Positions 1 to 9,161 of a stretch of DNA of 64,000 nucleotides are shown piece by piece. The number at the start of each line of letters is the position of its first letter. Within the stretch, counting starts at the first letter, position 1. The translations under genes and the position numbers were made by a program. Location: the NCBI GenBank assembly GCA_049317385.1, contig JBMOIJ010000002.1:76581-140580 (forward strand), given 5' to 3'. The notes under the pieces are model-generated. The model did no database searches. It worked only from the letters and a program-made list of their open reading frames with translations, and was not told where the DNA came from. Origin of the DNA: Acidimicrobiia bacterium (GTDB lineage: Bacteria; Actinomycetota; Acidimicrobiia; IMCC26256; JBMOIJ01).

Positions 1-1
1 A

Positions 2-1282
2 CCCGAGTTCCAAGCAAAGCTCGAGTGGGTGCGCGAGTTCGTGGAGAACGACGTGGAACCGCTCGATCTTGCGTTCAACCACGAGATCGTCTACGACAAG
101 TCGCATCCCGTCCACAAAGAGGTGCTACCCGCACTGCAGGAGAAGGTGAAGGAACAAGGTCTGTGGGCCTGTCATCTCGGCCCGGATCTCGGCGGTCTCG
201 GGTACGGCCAAGTGAAGCTCGCACTGTTGAACGAGATCCTGGGTCGGTCCACTTGGGCACCATCCACCTTCGGCTGCCAAGCCCCCGACAGCGGCAACGC
301 CGAAATCCTCGCCCACTACGGCACCGAAGCGCAGAAAGCGAAGTACCTCCAGCCGTTGCTCGACGGCGAAATCGTGTCGTGTTTCTCGATGACCGAACCA
401 CAAGGCGGATCAGACCCACAGGTGTTCACCTGTCGCGCCGAGAAGGACGGAGACGAGTGGGTCATCAACGGCGAGAAGTGGTACTCGTCGAACCTGCGCT
501 ATGCCGCGTTCGCGATTGTGATGGCGATCACCGATCCCGACGTCCCCATCTACCAAGGTGCGTCCATGTTCCTGGTTCCCACCGACACGCCGGGAATCAA
601 CATCTTGCGCAACGTGGGAATCGCGGGTGAGCCACTGGGCGAGGGGTCCCACGCATACGTTCGCTACGAAAACGTTCGGGTACCCGACGAGAACGTGTTG
701 GGTGGTCCGGGACAAGCATTCGTTATCGCACAGACGCGCCTGGGCGGCGGACGGGTGCATCACGCGATGCGCACGGTCGGAATGTGTCAGCGTGCGCTCG
801 ACATGCTTTGCGAACGCGCGGTTTCCCGATACACGCAAGGCTCATCCCTCGCCTCCAAGCAACTGGTGCAGGAGTACGTAGCCGACTCGTGGATCGAACT
901 CCACCAGTTCCGACTGCAGGTGATGCACACGGCCTGGCTCATCGACCAAGTGGGTGGTCACAAGGCTCGACGCGAGATCGCGGCATGCAAGGTGGCCACG
1001 GCGAAGGTGCTCAAGGACATCGTGTTTCGCGCCATGCACCTGCACGGTTCGCTCGGCGTGTCGAACGAGATGCCACTCATCGGCATGTGGTCGACTGCTC
1101 CCATCATGGGTATCGCCGACGGCCCCACCGAAGTACACAAGATCACGGTGGCTCGCCAAACCCTGAAGGAGTACGAGCCCTACGACGGGTTGTTCCCACG
1201 CGAGTACCTCCCCGAACGCGTTGCCGCCGCACGGGCACAGTTCAGCGACCACCTCTTGAACTGGAAACCGAGCGACGCGTGA
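2..1282 (+). CDS. acyl-CoA dehydrogenase (5' end runs off the window)
   Basis: The frame stays open back to position 2. PEFQAKLEWVREFVENDVEPLD aligns with the N-terminus of the paralog at 48856-50097. ACAD-like motifs include CFSMTEPQGGSDP and RLGGGRVHHAMR. Track ORF is 29..1282. Confidence 0.85.
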   Translation, partial: PEFQAKLEWVREFVENDVEPLDLAFNHEIVYDKSHPVHKEVLPALQEKVKEQGLWACHLGPDLGGLGYGQVKLALLNEILGRSTWAPSTFGCQAPDSGNAEILAHYGTEAQKAKYLQPLLDGEIVSCFSMTEPQGGSDPQVFTCRAEKDGDEWVINGEKWYSSNLRYAAFAIVMAITDPDVPIYQGASMFLVPTDTPGINILRNVGIAGEPLGEGSHAYVRYENVRVPDENVLGGPGQAFVIAQTRLGGGRVHHAMRTVGMCQRALDMLCERAVSRYTQGSSLASKQLVQEYVADSWIELHQFRLQVMHTAWLIDQVGGHKARREIAACKVATAKVLKDIVFRAMHLHGSLGVSNEMPLIGMWSTAPIMGIADGPTEVHKITVARQTLKEYEPYDGLFPREYLPERVAAARAQFSDHLLNWKPSDA

Positions 1283-2292
1283 CCCTCATTCCCGATGTCG
1301 TGGAACTCGTTCGCGACGGTCAGTCGCTCCGTATCGACGGCTTCGACGAACACGACCACGTCGAACTCGCGTGGGGCACCGAACCCGCGCGCATCGACAC
1401 CCAATTGGGTGCGGTGCACCGTGACGCGGACGACCACCTCGTCATCGACGACCCAGCGCCCGCAGGCGTGCGCCCATACCTGCGCGTCACCACTCCCGAC
1501 GGCCAGAGCCGAACCGTGGCCGAACGGCGACTTCCGCTCACCGGGGCACCGAACACGCGCGACCTCGGCGGCTACCCCACTACCGATGGCCGAACGGTCC
1601 GGTGGGGCCGCATCTATCGATCGGGCGCGCTCGACAAACTCACCGACTCGGACCTGGAGTACCTCGAACGGCTTGGGCTCGCGCTCGTGGTCGACGTGCG
1701 GCGCCGCCGTGAGCGATCGGAGATGCCGAGTCGCATCCCGAACGGCGCCGAAGTGGTGGAGGTACCGGTCGGCGATACGGGCGCGCCCGACCAAACCGTG
1801 GCATCGGTGGTGCGTGAGGGGAAGGTGCACGAGCTGGGCGCACCCGGCGAGACGTTGCTGAAGGCGAACACCGCGTTCGTAGCGGAATGTGGCGACCAGT
1901 TCCGCGACATCGTGGGTCACCTCGCGCGCGCCGTCGACCACCCGGTGTTGGTGCATTGCACCGGCGGCAAGGATCGTGCCGGCTTCTCGAGCGCGCTGAT
2001 GCTCTTCGCACTCGGAGTACCCGAGGAAGTCGTCGTGTACGACTACTTGCGCACGAACGACTTCACGATTGCTCGCCGCCTCGACTCCATCCGTCGGCTC
2101 GAAGATCGGGGCGCCACATTGGAAGAAGTCGAGATCCTGCGAGCCATCCTTGAAGTTCGCCCCGAGTACATCGGTGCTGCGCTCGGGCAGATCAGTGAAC
2201 GCCATGGCTCCGTCGACACCTACCTACGCGACGCCCTCGATCTCGATCTGCCCCGGATCGCCGAGCTCCGCGCCCATCTGGTCGAGGCCTGA
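1279..2292 (+). CDS. protein-tyrosine phosphatase family protein (Cx5R active site)
   Basis: The GTG at 1279 overlaps the upstream stop (GTGA). The active-site motif VHCTGGKDRAG is present. The upstream part of track ORF 784..2292 lies inside the ACAD gene in another frame and is not coding. Confidence 0.75.
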   Translation: MTLIPDVVELVRDGQSLRIDGFDEHDHVELAWGTEPARIDTQLGAVHRDADDHLVIDDPAPAGVRPYLRVTTPDGQSRTVAERRLPLTGAPNTRDLGGYPTTDGRTVRWGRIYRSGALDKLTDSDLEYLERLGLALVVDVRRRRERSEMPSRIPNGAEVVEVPVGDTGAPDQTVASVVREGKVHELGAPGETLLKANTAFVAECGDQFRDIVGHLARAVDHPVLVHCTGGKDRAGFSSALMLFALGVPEEVVVYDYLRTNDFTIARRLDSIRRLEDRGATLEEVEILRAILEVRPEYIGAALGQISERHGSVDTYLRDALDLDLPRIAELRAHLVEA

Positions 2293-2336
2293 CGAACGCG
2301 GGGGGGTCGCTGCGCCGTGGCGGCGCCCGATGGCCG

Positions 2337-2981
2337 CTACTGCGGAGCGTTCACGTACACCACGTTCACGCGGTCGAAGCCGGCAGCTCGCATGAGCCCC
2401 GAGAGCATCGCAGTGGTGTTCGCTTCCGCCTTGGCCTGGAGGTCGCTGCTCGCCGCCGCCGCAGTCATCTTTGCCTCGGCGGCGCGATACAGCTCGGCGT
2501 CGTTGGTCGGGTTGTTGGACACGAAGTCGCCGATTCGGTTGAGGAGGCCCCGGTCGCGGTTGATCACCTCGGACTGCCCCTGATCGATGACCGCGTCACC
2601 GACCTGCGCGTGCGGCAGCCGAATCGTGACGGTATTCCCTTCCACCGTGATGTCGCCCGCCTGGAGCGACGAGAAGTCCACATAGGCGGGAACGTCGCCC
2701 ACCGCTTTGAGCTGCGCACGTTCCCCGGCGATCGATGCCGGGACTCGATCGACCGAGTGCTGCACGTCGACGATTTCTTCGAAGTTCGCCTTCGCCGCCT
2801 CGTAACGCGACAGGTTCTCGAGTCGGGTCAGCAAGGCCGGCGCGCTCTTGTCGGTGGTGCGCTCCGCAAACGGGTTGGCGTAGGTGAACCAGAGCCCCAC
2901 CCCCGCGGTCACCAGCACTGCGGTCGCCAACGCGAAGATCAGGACGAGTCCCAGCGGGTTCCGGCTGCGCGCACGCTTCAT
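2337..2981 (-). CDS. membrane-anchored DUF4230-like protein
   Basis: The ATG at 2981 is preceded by GAGGAAG. An N-terminal TM helix LGLVLIFALATAVLVTAGVGLWF is followed by a soluble domain. The track ORF start at 3035 is a TTG without an RBS. Confidence 0.5.
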   Translation of the reverse strand: MKRARSRNPLGLVLIFALATAVLVTAGVGLWFTYANPFAERTTDKSAPALLTRLENLSRYEAAKANFEEIVDVQHSVDRVPASIAGERAQLKAVGDVPAYVDFSSLQAGDITVEGNTVTIRLPHAQVGDAVIDQGQSEVINRDRGLLNRIGDFVSNNPTNDAELYRAAEAKMTAAAASSDLQAKAEANTTAMLSGLMRAAGFDRVNVVYVNAPQ

Positions 2982-3095
2982 CGTTGCCACGAGCTTCCTC
3001 GACTTCTGGGCACTGGTGTGCCCTGCCCTCTTCAACGGTGCGGGGCACCAGAAAGTTCCCGACTGCGGCCGGGGGCACCCCAGCCGGGAACTCGT

Positions 3096-4001
3096 TCAGC
3101 CCGCCAGCTGTTGGAGGGTCGCCTTGGCGGAGTTGATCGAGATGGCGAAGCCGATGTTGTTCGCCGCCTGGTTCTGGCTCGACGCGGCCACCATCGTGTT
3201 GATGCCGATCACCTGGCCAGCGGCATTCACCAACGGGCCACCCGAGTTGCCCGAGGAGATTGCGGCATCGATCTGGATCATTCCGGTCATCGTGCCGTTC
3301 TCGCCTTCCACCGATCGGTTCAGCGCCGAGACGATGCCGCGGGTCACGGTGGGGCTCCCTTCGAGCGCAAGCGCGTCACCGATGGCGATCACGTCATCGC
3401 CCACGTGTACACCGTCAGAGTTTCCGAGCGTCGCCGGATGCAGGTTGGCCGGCCCGCTGAGTTCCACCAAGGCGATGTCGGCCGCCTTGTCGGCGGCCAC
3501 GACGCGTGCGGCGCGGGGCGTCCGCTCCCCTGCCACCGCGACCTGCACGGTCTGCGCGCCGTTCACCACGTGCGCGTTGGTGAGCACCTTGCCGTCGCTC
3601 GAGATGATCACGCCGGTACCCACGGCCGTCCCGCGCTGGGCTCGAAAACCCTCGCGCTCGACCACTTGCGCCGTGATCTCGACCACGGACCGCCCGACGG
3701 TCTGCAACACCGCACCCACGTTCATCGCCCCCGACGCCACCACTGGCGTGGCCGGCTCGCCGGTGGCCTCCGGCGCAGCGGCGGTGGTGGCCGGGAGATC
3801 TGCACGCGTCGCCACTGCGCCCACCACGCCACCGCCAACCGCAGCCACTGCGATCGCCGCGCTCACTGCGATTGCCCGCGCGGCCGTGCCGGCGCGCGAC
3901 CGCCGGGCCCGCGCCGGCGCTGGTGCCGGCGCAGGGTCGATGGGCGCGGTGGGGGGCGAGGGCGTCCAGTAGGGCGAACCGGTGGGCGGGCTGGTGAACA
4001 T
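3096..4001 (-). CDS. secreted trypsin-like (S1C/HtrA-type) serine protease, no PDZ domain
   Basis: The catalytic triad context is TNAHVV, DIALVEL and GNSGGPLV. The ATG at 4001 is preceded by GGAGGAG. The N-terminus is Pro/Ala-rich with a hydrophobic anchor. Confidence 0.8.
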   Translation of the reverse strand: MFTSPPTGSPYWTPSPPTAPIDPAPAPAPARARRSRAGTAARAIAVSAAIAVAAVGGGVVGAVATRADLPATTAAAPEATGEPATPVVASGAMNVGAVLQTVGRSVVEITAQVVEREGFRAQRGTAVGTGVIISSDGKVLTNAHVVNGAQTVQVAVAGERTPRAARVVAADKAADIALVELSGPANLHPATLGNSDGVHVGDDVIAIGDALALEGSPTVTRGIVSALNRSVEGENGTMTGMIQIDAAISSGNSGGPLVNAAGQVIGINTMVAASSQNQAANNIGFAISINSAKATLQQLAG

Positions 4002-4141
4002 GGGAACTCCTCCTTGCCGTTCCCACTTTCGACCGGGTGGCCGAGGATTCCCTGAGTGTTCCTTGAGAGCCCGCTGTGAACTCACCGTCGGGCGCACATC
4101 CACAATCGCGCGCTCGAACGCCCGCCGCCTAACCTCGCTCC

Positions 4142-5296
4142 GTGCGACGGACCGCGACCGCGGCCGGGGAGACGCTCCCCGCCATTGAGAAACTCGGGCG
4201 CCGCCCCCCACTCGACGGATTGCGCGGGCTGGCCGCCATCTCGGTGATCCTCGTGCACTCACGAGTTGCGCCGTTCGTGTCGGGCCAGGTGGGCGTCGAC
4301 ATGTTCTTCGTATTGAGCGGCTTTCTCATCACCTCGGTGCTGCTCGAACAGATCGCGCACGGTCGCTACACGTACGCGAAGTTCCTCGAACGTCGGGCCC
4401 GTCGACTCCTCCCCGCATATTTCGTGGTGATGCTCTCTGCGCTCGTCATCGAACAGATCTGGCCGATGGGCGGCACTGAGCACGGCGCGTTCCTCGGGTT
4501 CTTCTACGTGGCCAACTGGTGGCAGGCCCTTACCGGCGGCGGACTGGGCCTGCTGGGCCATACGTGGGCCCTCCAGATCGAAGAGCAGTTCTACGTGCTG
4601 TGGCCGTTGCTGCTCGTTGCGTTGATCATCTGGACCCGAGGCCGGCTTCCTCGACTGGCCGCCGCCATCATCGGCATCGGCTGCGTCAGCATCGCCGCCC
4701 GGTTCTTCTTGTGGGGAACGGGCGCGTCATGGCAACGCATCGAGTTCGGCACCGACACGCGCGTCGCAAGTTTGCTGTTCGGGTGCGCAGCCGGTGTGCT
4801 CCTGGCCCGTTCCCGAGCGGCGTTCACCGGCCGCACAGCGCGCGCATGGAACGTCGCCGGAATCGCGGCGTTGGTTGCACTCGCCACCGGCACCACGTTC
4901 TCACTTGAAGAGGGCAACACGTTCTTCCTGGGGATGAGCCTGAAGTGGCCGGCGGTCACCGCCATCGCCCTGGTTGCCATCGTCGCCGTGGTGCGGGTGC
5001 CCGACGGCTCCGCGGCCCGCTTCTTGTCGAACCGGCCCCTCATGGCCGTCGCCGAGATCAGCTACGGGTTGTACCTGTGGCACTTCCTCGTGTTGGCGGA
5101 ACTCGACCAACACTTCGGACTCCAGCACTGGTGGGTCCGCATCACTGGCTGGGCACTGACTGCCGCGCTCGCGGTTGCGTCGTACAAGCTCATCGAGCAG
5201 CCGGCACTGCACGCATCGTTCGCATCGATCACAGCCCGGTTCCGGCGCTCGGCAGCACCCAGCGACGCCGACGGCGCGCTGAACGAGGCGGCCTAG
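4142..5296 (+). CDS. acyltransferase family 3 integral membrane protein
   Basis: The N-terminal signature LDGLRGLAAISVILVHS is present, and multiple TM helices run throughout. Confidence 0.75.
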   Translation: MRRTATAAGETLPAIEKLGRRPPLDGLRGLAAISVILVHSRVAPFVSGQVGVDMFFVLSGFLITSVLLEQIAHGRYTYAKFLERRARRLLPAYFVVMLSALVIEQIWPMGGTEHGAFLGFFYVANWWQALTGGGLGLLGHTWALQIEEQFYVLWPLLLVALIIWTRGRLPRLAAAIIGIGCVSIAARFFLWGTGASWQRIEFGTDTRVASLLFGCAAGVLLARSRAAFTGRTARAWNVAGIAALVALATGTTFSLEEGNTFFLGMSLKWPAVTAIALVAIVAVVRVPDGSAARFLSNRPLMAVAEISYGLYLWHFLVLAELDQHFGLQHWWVRITGWALTAALAVASYKLIEQPALHASFASITARFRRSAAPSDADGALNEAA

Positions 5297-6588
5297 GTCA
5301 GCGTGTCGCCGCCGCCAACCACCATGGCTGCGGCGGCGGTGGCGTTGGATGCGTCGTCGATGAGGATGCAGCGACCGGAGACCCGGCTCTCGTCGTAGGT
5401 GTCGATTGCCAGCGGCGTGCTCACCTTCACCCGCACGCGCCCCAAATCGTTGAGTGCCAGCTGCGACGGCCGCGGCTGCACGGCCAACGAGTTGACGTCG
5501 AGGCGTGAGACCAAATCGGTGACGATGGCGCGGGCCGTGCGAGTTCCGTGCTTCACCCACACTCGCGCGCCAGCCGTGAGCGGCTGCTCGGTCATCCAGC
5601 AGAGGTCGAGTTCGACCACTTGCGTGACCATCGGAGCCCGGTCATGCGCGACCACAATGGTGTCGCCGCGTCCCACGTCGAGGTCGTCGGCGAGGAGCAC
5701 CACGATGGCCTGGCCCGGAACCGCTTCGGCAAGTGGTCCGTCGAATGTGTCGATCGCCGACACCGTGGTGCGCTGACCGGCCGGCAACACCAACACGTCG
5801 TCGCCCACGCGCAATGCACCGCCGGAAACCTGGCCTGCGTACCCGCGGTAGTCGTGGTGCTCGGGGGTGAGCGGCCGAATGACCGACTGCACCGCAACAC
5901 GCCCGCCGAGCACCGGCGCCTCGACCGGCTCGATGATTTCCAGGAGTTCGAGCAACGCCGGACCGTCGTACCAATCGGTGACATTCGAGCGATCGACGAC
6001 GTTGCCGCCGAGCAGGGCCGACACTGGGATGGCGTGCACCAACGGCTGACGCGGCAGCGCTGCCACGTAGTCGCCGAACTCCTTCACGATTCCGGCGAAC
6101 ACGCGCTCGTCCCAGTCGACGAGATCCATCTTGTTGACGGCGAGCACGAGGTGCCCCACCCCCAGATGCGCCGCGAGGAAGGCGTGCCGGCGAGTCTGTT
6201 CCACTATGCCGTGGCGCGCATCGACCAGGATGACCGCAACGTCACTGACCGATGCACCGGTGACCATGTTGCGCGTGTACTGCTCGTGCCCCGGGGAATC
6301 CGCCACGATGAACGATCGGGCCGGCGTTGCGAAGAAGCGCCACGCAACATCAATGGTGATGCCTTGCTCGCGTTCGGCCCGCAGCCCGTCGGTCAGCAAC
6401 GCCAGGTTCAACGAACCGTCACCGCGACGTGCGCTTGCCGCCTCGACCGCTGCGAGTTGGTCTTCGAGAATCGACTTGGAGTCGTGGAGCAGCCGACCGA
6501 TGAGCGTGCTCTTGCCGTCGTCGACCGAACCGGCCGTGGCGACGCGCAACAGGCTCCGGGGCCCCGCGGTAATGGCATGGCCGGTCAT
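5293..6588 (-). CDS. cysN: sulfate adenylyltransferase subunit 1 (GTPase), no fused APS kinase domain
   Basis: G1 motif GSVDDGKSTLIGRLL, plus DSPGHEQYTRNM and NKMD. It overlaps the cysD stop. Confidence 0.9.
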   Translation of the reverse strand: MTGHAITAGPRSLLRVATAGSVDDGKSTLIGRLLHDSKSILEDQLAAVEAASARRGDGSLNLALLTDGLRAEREQGITIDVAWRFFATPARSFIVADSPGHEQYTRNMVTGASVSDVAVILVDARHGIVEQTRRHAFLAAHLGVGHLVLAVNKMDLVDWDERVFAGIVKEFGDYVAALPRQPLVHAIPVSALLGGNVVDRSNVTDWYDGPALLELLEIIEPVEAPVLGGRVAVQSVIRPLTPEHHDYRGYAGQVSGGALRVGDDVLVLPAGQRTTVSAIDTFDGPLAEAVPGQAIVVLLADDLDVGRGDTIVVAHDRAPMVTQVVELDLCWMTEQPLTAGARVWVKHGTRTARAIVTDLVSRLDVNSLAVQPRPSQLALNDLGRVRVKVSTPLAIDTYDESRVSGRCILIDDASNATAAAAMVVGGGDTLT

Positions 6589-7493
6589 CAGAAGTATCCC
6601 TCGCGCTTGCGGTCCTCCATGGACGACTCACTGAACGCGTCGTCGGCTCGGGTTGCCCCGCGCTCGCTGATGCGCGCCGTGGCGACTTCGTCGACGATGT
6701 CGGCCACCGTGGTCGCCGATGATCGCACGGCGCCTGTGCAGCTGGCGTCACCCACGGTGCGGTACCGCACGGTGACGACTTCGGCCGTCTCACCAGGCAG
6801 CATCCGATTCGGGCCGCCGTTCCACAACAACATGCCGTCGCGAGCGAACACCTCGCGTTCGTGCGCAAAGTAAATGGACGGAAGCGCAATCGATTCACGG
6901 GCGATGTAAGTCCACACGTCGAGTTCGGTCCAGTTGCTGATGGGGAACGCCCGCAGGTGCTCACCGGGCCGAATACGAGCGTTGAGCATTCCCCACGGTT
7001 CGGGGCGTTGCGCTTTGGGTTCCCACTGCCCGAAGTCATCGCGGAAGCTGAGAACCCGCTCCTTGGCGCGCGCCTTGTCTTCGTCGCGGCGCCCACCACC
7101 GAATGCCGCATCGAATCGGTGCTCGTTGATGGCATCGAGCAGGGTCACCGACTGCAACCGGTTGCGGCTGGCCCGCGGGCCAGTGGCGTCGGCCACCCGC
7201 CCCCGGTCGATGGACTCCTGCACGCTGGCCACGATCAGTGTCTCACCGAGGTACGCCATGACGGCGTCGCGATACTCGATGACTTCGGGGAAGTTGTGGC
7301 CCGTGTCGACGTGCATGACCGGGAACGGGAACCGGCCCGGACGGAACGCCTTGCGAGCCAGGTGCAGGAGTACCGCAGAGTCCTTGCCGCCTGAGAACAG
7401 CAGCACGGGCCGTTCGCACTCTGCGGCAACCTCGCGGAAGATCGTGATGGCCTCGGCCTCGAGCAGGTCGAGTTCGGTGAGCGGGGTGGTCAC
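6588..7493 (-). CDS. cysD: sulfate adenylyltransferase subunit 2
   Basis: PAPS-reductase-fold motifs are LLFSGGKDSAVLLHL and HVDTGHNFPE. The GTG at 7493 overlaps the cysH stop (GTGA). Confidence 0.9.
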   Translation of the reverse strand: MTTPLTELDLLEAEAITIFREVAAECERPVLLFSGGKDSAVLLHLARKAFRPGRFPFPVMHVDTGHNFPEVIEYRDAVMAYLGETLIVASVQESIDRGRVADATGPRASRNRLQSVTLLDAINEHRFDAAFGGGRRDEDKARAKERVLSFRDDFGQWEPKAQRPEPWGMLNARIRPGEHLRAFPISNWTELDVWTYIARESIALPSIYFAHEREVFARDGMLLWNGGPNRMLPGETAEVVTVRYRTVGDASCTGAVRSSATTVADIVDEVATARISERGATRADDAFSESSMEDRKREGYF

Positions 7494-8176
7494 ACGGGGC
7501 CCTTCACCACGTGCAACCCGCACTCGGTCTTGTCGAGACCCGCCCACCGGCCGGCCCGACGGTCTTCGCCCGGCGCCACCGGACGGGTGCAGGGCCAACA
7601 ACCGATGGATGCGTACCCACGATCCGTGAGCGGATGGCGCAGCAACTGGTGCGCGTCGATGTAGTTGTCAATGTCCTGGTCGGTCCATGCCGCCAGCGGG
7701 TTCACCTTCACCACGTCGCGCGCGACGTCGAACTCGATGACCGGCGCGTGCGCGCGCGTGGGGGCATCGGCGCGCCGTATGCCGGTGATCCAGGCGTCCT
7801 TCTCGGCCAACACCCGGTTGAGCGGCTCGACCTTGCGCACGCCGCAGCAGCCCTCGACGTCGTGTTGCCAGCGATTGTCGCGGACGACGCGGGGATCGGG
7901 GGTCACAACGCGCAGATTGAGCTGGTAGCGCTGGCGCAGCGCTTCGGCATACCACTCGGTCTCGGCGAACAGGTACTGCGTGTCGAGCAACACCACGTCG
8001 AGTGTGGGCGCCACCTGCGCCACCACGTCGATGAGCGCAGCGTCTTCGAAGCTGGCGGTGAAGACGACCCCATCGCCATAGGTGGCAACCGCCCACTCCA
8101 CGATTGCGGCGGCACCCCGCGGCTCGAGTTCGGCGGCGAGCGCCGGGATCTGGTCAGCAGTGGGACGATCGGTCAC
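7490..8176 (-). CDS. cysH: adenylyl-sulfate (APS)/PAPS reductase, thioredoxin-dependent, with Fe-S cysteine motifs
   Basis: Motifs are EGCCGVRKVEPL, SIGCWPCT and KTECGLH. The GTG start at 8176 is inferred from the usual N-terminal length. The CC...CxxC pattern is typical of APS-type enzymes. Confidence 0.85.
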   Translation of the reverse strand: MTDRPTADQIPALAAELEPRGAAAIVEWAVATYGDGVVFTASFEDAALIDVVAQVAPTLDVVLLDTQYLFAETEWYAEALRQRYQLNLRVVTPDPRVVRDNRWQHDVEGCCGVRKVEPLNRVLAEKDAWITGIRRADAPTRAHAPVIEFDVARDVVKVNPLAAWTDQDIDNYIDAHQLLRHPLTDRGYASIGCWPCTRPVAPGEDRRAGRWAGLDKTECGLHVVKGPV

Positions 8177-8209
8177 ACGGCAACCAGGGAACGCAGAAGA
8201 CTGGGGGGC

Positions 8210-8632
8210 ATGGCGCCCAAATCTACGAAACCCGACCGATACTCTCAAGATTCGCCGGCTCCGGCGGTCGTCGTGCGGTCGTCGCCCCGCCATGGACGCG
8301 GCGTGTTCACCACCCGAAAGGTGGCCGCCGGGGAGTTCCTCGACGCCAGCCCCGTGCTGTTCCTAAGTGCCGACGACGGCGACCACATCATGGCGACCCC
8401 GCTGCGCAACTACATCTTCGAGATCGACGACCGCTATGCCCTGGCCTGCGGGCCCGCCTCGTTCCTCAACCACTCCTACGCCCCCAACGCCGAGTACGTG
8501 ATCGACCTCGACGCGTCCATCCTCGAACTCCTGGCGCTCGAACCCATCCCAGCCGGGAGCGAGGTCCTCATCAACTACAACGGATCGCCCAACGATCACG
8601 CTCCGCTGTGGTTCGACCTCGCCCAGGAGTGA
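8210..8632 (+). CDS. SET-domain protein (putative lysine methyltransferase)
   Basis: ATG at 8210. SET signatures are GRGVFTT, FLNHSYAPNAEY and EVLINYNG. Only the last 140 aa of track ORF 7511..8632 are coding; the rest is antisense to cysH. Confidence 0.7.
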   Translation: MAPKSTKPDRYSQDSPAPAVVVRSSPRHGRGVFTTRKVAAGEFLDASPVLFLSADDGDHIMATPLRNYIFEIDDRYALACGPASFLNHSYAPNAEYVIDLDASILELLALEPIPAGSEVLINYNGSPNDHAPLWFDLAQE

Positions 8633-8715
8633 GTTCGCCCCTCGGGGGCCAGGTTTGGGATTCGAGACCGGCGGGCACCGTTTGCATTGTGAACGCGGCC
8701 GAAGGAACGCCCCGC

Positions 8716-9030
8716 ATGGGGAGCACAGACGCGCCAAATCCCCCGCCGTCGGCGGACGCTGTCCTCGAAACCGTCGAGGTCTCAGGTGACCTCGACTTTC
8801 ACACGGCTGATTCGTTCCGTGACCGGCTCTTCACCGCAATTGACCGGTCCAGCGCGGTCGTTCTCGATGCCCACGCGCTCGATTTCATCGACTCGTCCGG
8901 CTTGAGCGTCATCCTGAGCGCACGCCGCCGGGCCGACGAGCGCGGCACACGGTTCCACATCGATGGGCTCCACCCGCGGTTCATGCGCTTGCTCGAGATC
9001 ACCGGCATCGGGTCACTCATCTCGGACTGA
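8716..9030 (+). CDS. STAS-domain anti-sigma-factor antagonist
   Basis: ATG at 8716. The phosphorylatable-serine context is LDFIDSSGLSVIL, and the protein is about 104 aa. Confidence 0.8.
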   Translation: MGSTDAPNPPPSADAVLETVEVSGDLDFHTADSFRDRLFTAIDRSSAVVLDAHALDFIDSSGLSVILSARRRADERGTRFHIDGLHPRFMRLLEITGIGSLISD

Positions 9031-9161
9031 CGCGTCCAGTTCGTGACCGACGGGCGCATGACTCAGGATCGACAAGATCAGATCTTGACAAGCATCCGAA
9101 CTGCGATCACCGCATTGGTCAACGCCACTGCGCCGCTCGACGGGCTCGGTAGCGATCGCCT

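Noticed and set aside
9071-9093. The imperfect palindrome GACAAGATC-A-GATCTTGAC, with a duplicated GACAAG, between the convergent STAS and PP2C genes.
   Set aside because: It is short and imperfect, and it sits where a simple bidirectional terminator hairpin is expected. Nothing supports a more specific function.
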